Assembly (NCBI GenBank): GCA_002298665.1
Contig: DBKW01000074.1
Coordinates: forward strand, 1-30,859
Reading direction: 5' to 3'
Length of the DNA stretch: 30,859 nt
DNA from: Verrucomicrobia bacterium UBA740
GTDB taxonomy: Bacteria > Verrucomicrobiota > Kiritimatiellia > RFP12 > UBA1067
Positions 26,273-30,859 of the stretch are shown here, one piece after another (position 1 is the stretch's first letter; each line of letters opens with the position of its first letter). The position numbers and the translations under genes were made by a program. The notes under the pieces were generated by a model. That model had not been told where the DNA came from. It saw nothing but the letters and a program-made list of their open reading frames with translations, and searched no databases.

Positions 26273-26401
26273 TGTCTGTTGTCCTTTTCTCTGCTCCGAA
26301 TCCAGCCGGAGGCACGCCGCGGACGCAGAAAAGGACGGCGTGTCTTGTTGTCGTATCCGGCCATGGAGGGCTCACACCCGACATACGAAGTTTATGCAGA
26401 C

Positions 26402-26430
26402 ATTATACCTCTTTGCTGATTGTGTGTCAA
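26402..26430 (-). promoter_or_regulatory. consensus sigma70 promoter of the RtcR-like gene
   Basis: TTGACA-17 bp-TATAAT, exact consensus. Confidence 0.88.
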
Positions 26431-26462
26431 CGCCCTTTTACATGTTGCGCCGCGTGCTGTGA

Positions 26463-26970
26463 ATTGCCCGAGTAAATGCTCCTAGTGCATTGGCATTTAC
26501 CCGGGCAATGGACGTTCTCCTCAAAGGCGGGAAGAGGCACTCCTCCGCGGCAGACGGTCGGACCGAAGGGTAAGACCACAGGGGACGGCAGGCCGCTCAG
26601 GCACCCGTCCGCAACCAGACTTCAAGAGACCTTGGTCTTTTACCCTGGAGACCTTGGTCTCTTGAATCTGGCGCAGACAAACGACGCGTCCGTCCCGGGA
26701 GATCCGGCGAGGAATGTCGCCGCGACAAGGGTAGGCCCCCCTTGCCCAGCCCATCCGCGGACGGGAGACGGATGGGGGCCAATCGGAGTATGGGCATTTA
26801 CTTGTTCCGAAAAACAAACATTTGTCCACGTCCTGGGGACGCATTGTCGAAAAGCCCCTTGGGCGCCCCTTCCCGGAGCGATTGGGCATCCACCTGACTG
26901 TTTTCGGCAAAGTAAATGCCACTAGTCGCCCGAAACCCATCAAATAGGGACCTTTACTTTGACAGGTGAC
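26463..26970 (-). ncRNA. candidate structured non-coding RNA or structured non-coding element
   Basis: about ten consecutive stem-loops; most mismatches read as G-U pairs on the minus strand; no protein-like ORF. Confidence 0.45.
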
Positions 26971-26971
26971 C

Positions 26972-27196
26972 TCACTTGGACGAAAACAGTCTTGACACGA
27001 ATACGCCGAGCAAGTAGATTCCCCCGATTATCACCCCGCCAACGCATGCGGCTTTGAGCAAAAACGGGATGGCGATGGCGAGGATGGCGACAAGGAAACT
27101 CAACAGAACGCAGACAAGCGAGCCAATCACATAGATCAGAACGCCCGCGACCAGCACGATCGGCAGAACCAACAAGCCTTTCAAAAACGTCACCAT
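26972..27196 (-). CDS. small hydrophobic membrane protein (74 aa, 2-3 TM)
   Basis: RBS GAAAGGT before ATG 27196; almost entirely hydrophobic 'LLVLPIVLVAGVLIYVIGSLVCVLLSFLVAILAIAIPFLL'. Confidence 0.75.
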   Translation of the reverse strand: MVTFLKGLLVLPIVLVAGVLIYVIGSLVCVLLSFLVAILAIAIPFLLKAACVGGVIIGGIYLLGVFVSRLFSSK

Positions 27197-27217
27197 CCCA
27201 GCCACCTTTCCCGCCAA

Positions 27218-27640
27218 TCAGTCTTCTTCCGTCGCATCGCCCTTCGCCGCGTCGGACGTCGACTGGGCTGCGCGCCGCCACTGACGGTAAGCCACGAGGT
27301 CGGCCGCCGAAATCCTGAACGCGAACGCCAGCACCGCCGCATCGTCGAGAAAGCCCGCCAACGGAAGCCAGTCCGGAACCAGGTCGATCGGAGAGAGGAA
27401 ATAGACGAGCGCCCCGACAAGCGAACAGATCGTCGTCGTGGGAACCGTCTTGTACGAGCCGCCGATCCAGTCGCGCACCAGCGCGAACGTCGTCTTGATG
27501 TCCTCCCAGTATTGCTTGATGAAACCGGCCTTGTCGGCGAGTCGCTTCGCTTCTTCCTCCCTGCCCAGGACGTCCGCGATGTCGTCGCGAGTCATGTTTT
27601 GAGCCCGTTTGTTGATTTCTTCTTCAGCATTGATGTTCAT
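27218..27640 (-). CDS. YkvA / DUF1232 family membrane protein
   Basis: 'ALVRDWIGGSYKTVP', 'GALVYFLSPIDLVPDWLPLAGFLDDAAVL'; RBS GAAAGGT. Confidence 0.9.
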   Translation of the reverse strand: MNINAEEEINKRAQNMTRDDIADVLGREEEAKRLADKAGFIKQYWEDIKTTFALVRDWIGGSYKTVPTTTICSLVGALVYFLSPIDLVPDWLPLAGFLDDAAVLAFAFRISAADLVAYRQWRRAAQSTSDAAKGDATEED

Positions 27641-27663
27641 GGTTGTTCACCTTTCTGTCGTTT

Positions 27664-27771
27664 TCAAATTTTATTCGCACCGGGCCGCTTCACATTCCGG
27701 CGCGGCAGCGGCGCCTCTCTTTTCGTTGAGACCTTCCGCGCCAGGTTCCTCCCGCCTTTCCTCATATTCAT
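27664..27771 (-). CDS. putative 35-aa basic peptide (MNMRKGGRNLARKVSTKREAPLPRRNVKRPGANKI)
   Basis: ATG overlaps the upstream stop (ATGA 27768-27771) and fills the intergenic gap. Confidence 0.4.
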   Translation of the reverse strand: MNMRKGGRNLARKVSTKREAPLPRRNVKRPGANKI

Positions 27772-28229
27772 TTGGAGTTCCCGTCTTGATTCTCGAGCGC
27801 TTCCAGGACCTTGCCGAGAACTTCCACAAGTTCGTTCACGCACTCGACAAGTTTCTCGTACGCCTCGATTGCATGATCGCCCCATTCCTCGTTTTTGAAG
27901 CTGTCGTCTGCGTCCATGAAGACTGCGGAGAGCGTGCTCTTGTACGCGACGCGGCTCTTCTCGTCCAGCATCTCGTTGGCCAGGCGGATGGTGTCGACCG
28001 CCTCTTTCTCGAACGCGGCGATCTTCGCCTTGTAGTCCTTGAACTTCGAGATGTAGTACTTGCGCTGCACGAACATGACAGCCTTCTCGATGAAGGTCTC
28101 ACCGCCGAGCACCGTCGAGCACGCGGCGTTGATGATGCCCAGCTGATCCTGGGCGAGTCCATCGCCAAAAAGCTTCACGCCTTGGGTCCACTCCTCCCAG
28201 AGTTTCCCCCGCATTTCATTCTTGTCCAT
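27768..28229 (-). CDS. hypothetical helical protein (153 aa)
   Basis: strong RBS GAGGAGGAG before ATG 28229 (MDKNEMRGKLWEEW...); protein-like composition. Confidence 0.8.
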   Translation of the reverse strand: MDKNEMRGKLWEEWTQGVKLFGDGLAQDQLGIINAACSTVLGGETFIEKAVMFVQRKYYISKFKDYKAKIAAFEKEAVDTIRLANEMLDEKSRVAYKSTLSAVFMDADDSFKNEEWGDHAIEAYEKLVECVNELVEVLGKVLEALENQDGNSK

Positions 28230-28329
28230 ATGTCTGCTCCTCCTCGTTGTGCGCGCCCGGCTCCGGCAAGACCGGTTCCTGCGGCATCCGCGGTCTATCA
28301 AGTTCGATTCGTCTCATCTCTTTGCTCAT
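28216..28329 (-). CDS. putative 37-aa acidic/Pro-rich peptide (MSKEMRRIELDRPRMPQEPVLPEPGAHNEEEQTYGQE)
   Basis: first ORF after sigma54 promoter P1; RBS GAAAGGA 6 nt before the ATG; stop overlaps the next gene; below the ORF-track length cut-off. Confidence 0.5.
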   Translation of the reverse strand: MSKEMRRIELDRPRMPQEPVLPEPGAHNEEEQTYGQE

Positions 28330-28362
28330 GGCTGTTCCTTTCATGGTTACGCCTGTCTAATT

Positions 28363-28379
28363 AGCAAATACCGTGCCAA
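28363..28379 (-). promoter_or_regulatory. sigma54 (RpoN) -24/-12 promoter P1
   Basis: TTGGCACGGTATTTGCT matches TGGCACG-N4-TTGCW with exact spacing. Confidence 0.88.
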
Positions 28380-28586
28380 GTCCGAAACCGGGGCTTTTCA
28401 CGCTTGTTTCGCGGCAACGGTGTCCATTCTCTTACCAGTCGCCTGGGCAATATCGTCCCATTCGCAGACTGTCCAAGCAGGATCTCGCCCTCTTTGTCGA
28501 TTTCCACAATCTCGAACGGACGCGGATTGTGCGCCCCTGCCCGGTCAAACCCGCCCGGCGCATCGGAACGCCCCAAGTCTCCATCT

Positions 28587-28618
28587 CCGAAACCTTCCCA
28601 TCCCGAAACCTTCCCATC
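28587..28618. repeat. perfect 16-bp tandem duplication
   Basis: CCGAAACCTTCCCATC x2 followed by partial CGAA. Confidence 0.85.
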
Positions 28619-28709
28619 CGAAGAATGAAAATAGGCCTTGTGTTTCGACCGCTTTCCAGTCTTCAGTCTGGCGGCTGCTCTCGGAATCGAAAAGCGGCGT
28701 TGCCGGAGC

Positions 28710-28753
28710 AAAAACAAGCAAGTCCCCGGAAACGCGTGTTCCCAGAGACTTGC
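28710..28753 (-). terminator. intrinsic terminator after the activator-1 operon
   Basis: minus strand 16-bp stem GCAAGTCTCTGGGAAC-acgc-GTTTCCGGGGACTTGC (3 G-U pairs) followed by TTGTTTTT. Confidence 0.7.
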
Positions 28754-28801
28754 GTCCTATGCGGCGTCCGGCCCCGTCACGCGGAACTGGGCGCCCTCGC
28801 G

Positions 28802-29044
28802 TCAATACAAGAACATCAGGTAATCGTCGTGAAGATCGTACTTCTCCTTGTTGAACTGGAATGTGGGAATGAGCCGCTGGCGGCAGTCCATGTCGATGAT
28901 GCCGTAAAGCGAGTTGCGCTTCACCACAATCCCCTTCCGCCCCCAGCCGACAAGGGCGTCGCACGGGAAGGAGCGGACCTTTCTCCCGATCTCGTCGTAT
29001 ACGTTCGCACGGCCTTTCTCGAAATCTGCGCGTGAAATGTTCAT
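28802..29044 (-). CDS. small hypothetical protein (80 aa, beta-rich, one WG-repeat-like segment)
   Basis: RBS AGGGAGGA; 'VVKRNSLYGIIDMDCRQRLIP'. Confidence 0.65.
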   Translation of the reverse strand: MNISRADFEKGRANVYDEIGRKVRSFPCDALVGWGRKGIVVKRNSLYGIIDMDCRQRLIPTFQFNKEKYDLHDDYLMFLY

Positions 29045-29047
29045 TGT

Positions 29048-29263
29048 TCAGTCCTCCCTTCGCTCGTTGACAACGCACGAAGAATCTCCGGCGTCGCCGT
29101 GTTCTTCTCGCATCTTCATGAGACGTTCATACTGCTGCCGCGTGACAAGACGCGGCTGCGGACCCTTGATCCGGGGATCGTTGTGCGTCGGCGGCCACCA
29201 GTACATCCCGCACAAGTTCATGAGTTTTTCGCTGAACGGTTTCCCGAACGGACTGTCTTTCAT
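29048..29263 (-). CDS. small hypothetical protein (71 aa)
   Basis: RBS AAGGAG; ATGA overlap with the activator stop. Confidence 0.65.
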   Translation of the reverse strand: MKDSPFGKPFSEKLMNLCGMYWWPPTHNDPRIKGPQPRLVTRQQYERLMKMREEHGDAGDSSCVVNERRED

Positions 29264-30768
29264 TGTTGTTTTTCTCCTTGCAGGTATTTGCGAAGCGTGT
29301 GGCGCGAGATCTTCAACGCCTCGGCGGCGCGGGACAGATTCTGCGCGTACTTGAAGAATACGTTCTTCACATGGGATCTCACGACCTCGTCAAGCTCGTC
29401 GGACTGCGTCGCGATCTCCGCGGACGGTTCGAAGAGCCCGGCGTTCATCGCTTTGTGATTGTCGACAAGCCGGACAAAATCCGTTTCCTCGAGGACTGCG
29501 GCGCGCTCGAGAAGATTCAGAAGCTCGCGCACGTTTCCCGGATAATCATAGGCCATCAGCGCCGAGATCTGCTCCGGCTCGAGGTGTTTGAAGAAGTGGT
29601 CGAACCACCAGCCGTCGGCGATGTCCTTGATGTCTTCCTTGTGCTCCCGCAGCGGCGGCACGCGGATTTGGATCACGTTGAGGCGCATGAAGAGGTCCTC
29701 GCGGAACTTGCCCTCCCGGACCCTCGCCGGGAGATTGCGGTTCGTCGCCGTCACAAGACGCACATCCGTCTTGATCTCTTCCTTGCCGCCGACGCGCATG
29801 AAGCGCCCGCCCTCGAGAACGCGCAGGAGCAGCCCCTGCGCCTCGAGCGGCATCTCGCCGATCTCGTCCAGGAAGAGCGTCCCGCCGTCCGCCAGCTCGA
29901 AGAGTCCGGGCGTCTGCTTGTCGGCGCCGGTGAACGCGCCTTTCTCGTAGCCGAAGAAACGGCTCTCCAGCAACTCCGGATTCACCGAGGCGCAGTTGAA
30001 CGCGTAGAACGGCTCGTTGCGCCGTGGCGATTTCGTGTGGATCTGCGAAGCGACCGTCTCCTTGCCGGTTCCGGACTCGCCGAGAATCAGCACCCGCGCG
30101 TCGGGATGCTTCGCGATGCGCTCGATGTAGGCGCGCAGTTCCACCATCTGCGCCCCTTTGCCGACCATCTCGCGGTTGCCGTAGCGGCGATAGTGTTCGA
30201 CGAGCCTGTTCATCTCGGAACTCCACGCCGTCACCGGCACGCCGTTGGCAAGATACCCGATCGCGGTCGGATAGGCCGACGAATCCTGATAGTTGCGGTA
30301 CATGTACATCGCCGCGGCGATCAGCTCGTGATACGGCGGCACGGACTTCGGGAGCTTGTTGCCCTCGATCGCATACGGGACGATCTGCTCCACGTCCACG
30401 CCGAATTCGATCCCGACGGCCTTCACGAGCGAACCGTCGAAGAAGCCGCCTTCATGGATGTGCACGTTCAGGAGCGGCGCAAGCGTCTTCTGCTGCTCGT
30501 CCGACAGCGGGATGGTGCTGATCCAGGTGACGACGGTTTTCTTCCCGAGCGACTTCAAGGCCTCCGCCAGCCGCTTCTCGTCCCCTCCGAGCGAAAGACC
30601 GATTAGATAGATCCGCTTCCACTTGCTGCCCTCGGACTCCATGAACTCCGGCAGCCGGCGCTTGCTCATGCCGAGAACGTCCGCCTTCCCGTCAAGCGCA
30701 CGAAGCGCCACCGCAGCGGCGACTGCGTATTCTTTCCAGCCCCAGCCGGTCAATATGAGCGAATCCAT
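29260..30768 (-). CDS. sigma54-dependent transcriptional activator (NtrC-family bEBP) with atypical N-terminal domain and Fis-type HTH
   Basis: 'VLILGESGTGKE', 'FNCA', 'ESRFFGYEKGAFTGA', 'GLFELADGGTLFLDEIGEM', 'FREDLFMRLNV', 'YDYPGNVREL', HTH 'NLSRAAEALKISRHTLRKYL'. Confidence 0.95.
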   Translation of the reverse strand: MDSLILTGWGWKEYAVAAAVALRALDGKADVLGMSKRRLPEFMESEGSKWKRIYLIGLSLGGDEKRLAEALKSLGKKTVVTWISTIPLSDEQQKTLAPLLNVHIHEGGFFDGSLVKAVGIEFGVDVEQIVPYAIEGNKLPKSVPPYHELIAAAMYMYRNYQDSSAYPTAIGYLANGVPVTAWSSEMNRLVEHYRRYGNREMVGKGAQMVELRAYIERIAKHPDARVLILGESGTGKETVASQIHTKSPRRNEPFYAFNCASVNPELLESRFFGYEKGAFTGADKQTPGLFELADGGTLFLDEIGEMPLEAQGLLLRVLEGGRFMRVGGKEEIKTDVRLVTATNRNLPARVREGKFREDLFMRLNVIQIRVPPLREHKEDIKDIADGWWFDHFFKHLEPEQISALMAYDYPGNVRELLNLLERAAVLEETDFVRLVDNHKAMNAGLFEPSAEIATQSDELDEVVRSHVKNVFFKYAQNLSRAAEALKISRHTLRKYLQGEKQQ

Positions 30769-30796
30769 GATACAATACCTCTTTTTCTGTCAATGT

Positions 30797-30825
30797 ATTT
30801 TAACATATTTTCACCGCTTTGGCAA
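30797..30825 (-). promoter_or_regulatory. sigma70 promoter of activator 1
   Basis: TTGCCA-17 bp-TAAAAT with TG extension. Confidence 0.7.
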
Positions 30826-30859
30826 TGATGATTACCCACCGAAAAGTGTATCATGTCGT

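Noticed and set aside
26615..26671. Retron msd-like long hairpin
   Set aside because: No reverse transcriptase gene in the window and no clear a1/a2 plus branching-G arrangement; kept only as part of the ncRNA candidate.
26476..26943. ORFs 26476-26925 (+), 26521-26943 (-), 26597-26797 (-)
   Set aside because: No RBS or domain signal and R/P/G-rich composition; the region is better explained as structured non-coding sequence.
28420..28515. Loose tGTCCAtt-like direct repeats upstream of P1 as an enhancer
   Set aside because: Too degenerate and irregularly spaced to distinguish from chance.
28587..28618. Possible CRISPR repeat
   Set aside because: Only two adjacent 16-bp copies with no spacers and no cas genes; the HNH motif at 22702-22887 lacks RuvC segments, so it is not Cas9/IscB.
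24686..30606. Plus-strand ORFs 24686-26419 and 29263-30606
   Set aside because: Antisense to the two AAA+ activator genes; typical shadow frames.
30788..30793. TTGACA hexamer just upstream of activator 1
   Set aside because: No -10 at 16-18 bp spacing (it would fall on the start codon); the TTGCCA-17-TAAAAT pair fits better.

Overview
GC-rich bacterial window in which every supportable gene is on the minus strand; the long plus-strand ORFs are antisense shadows. The gene style loosely suggests a PVC/Kiritimatiellia-like anaerobe (low confidence). 198-20211 is mostly housekeeping, in three tightly coupled transcription units: rlmB-pfk-nif3-rluA; DAACS transporter-manC-truA-mraY-hyp-argH-ABC ATPase-rsmE-uvrD/pcrA; ldhA-GT4-tadA-fumarase alpha/beta-acyltransferase. 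A separately promoted, apparently frameshifted zinc-ribbon membrane gene lies between the first two units. About 20300-30859 is an accessory region of two back-to-back modules with one design: near-consensus sigma70 promoter -> sigma54 AAA+ activator with an unusual N-terminal domain -> consensus sigma54 (-24/-12) promoter -> operon of membrane/unknown proteins. Module 1 has an activator with a possibly degenerate DHH-like sensor, followed by micro-ORFs, a helical protein, YkvA/DUF1232, a tiny membrane protein and a ~500-nt highly structured non-coding segment. Module 2 has a divergent RtcR-like activator with no rtcA/rtcB in the window and a palindromic candidate enhancer. It is followed by YaaW/DUF3944, a small membrane protein, an HNH-motif protein with hydrophobic helices, and a membrane-anchored coiled-coil protein. 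This is the best candidate for an undescribed nucleic-acid-damage/phage-responsive sigma54 system. Family calls come from motif recognition by eye, not from database searches.
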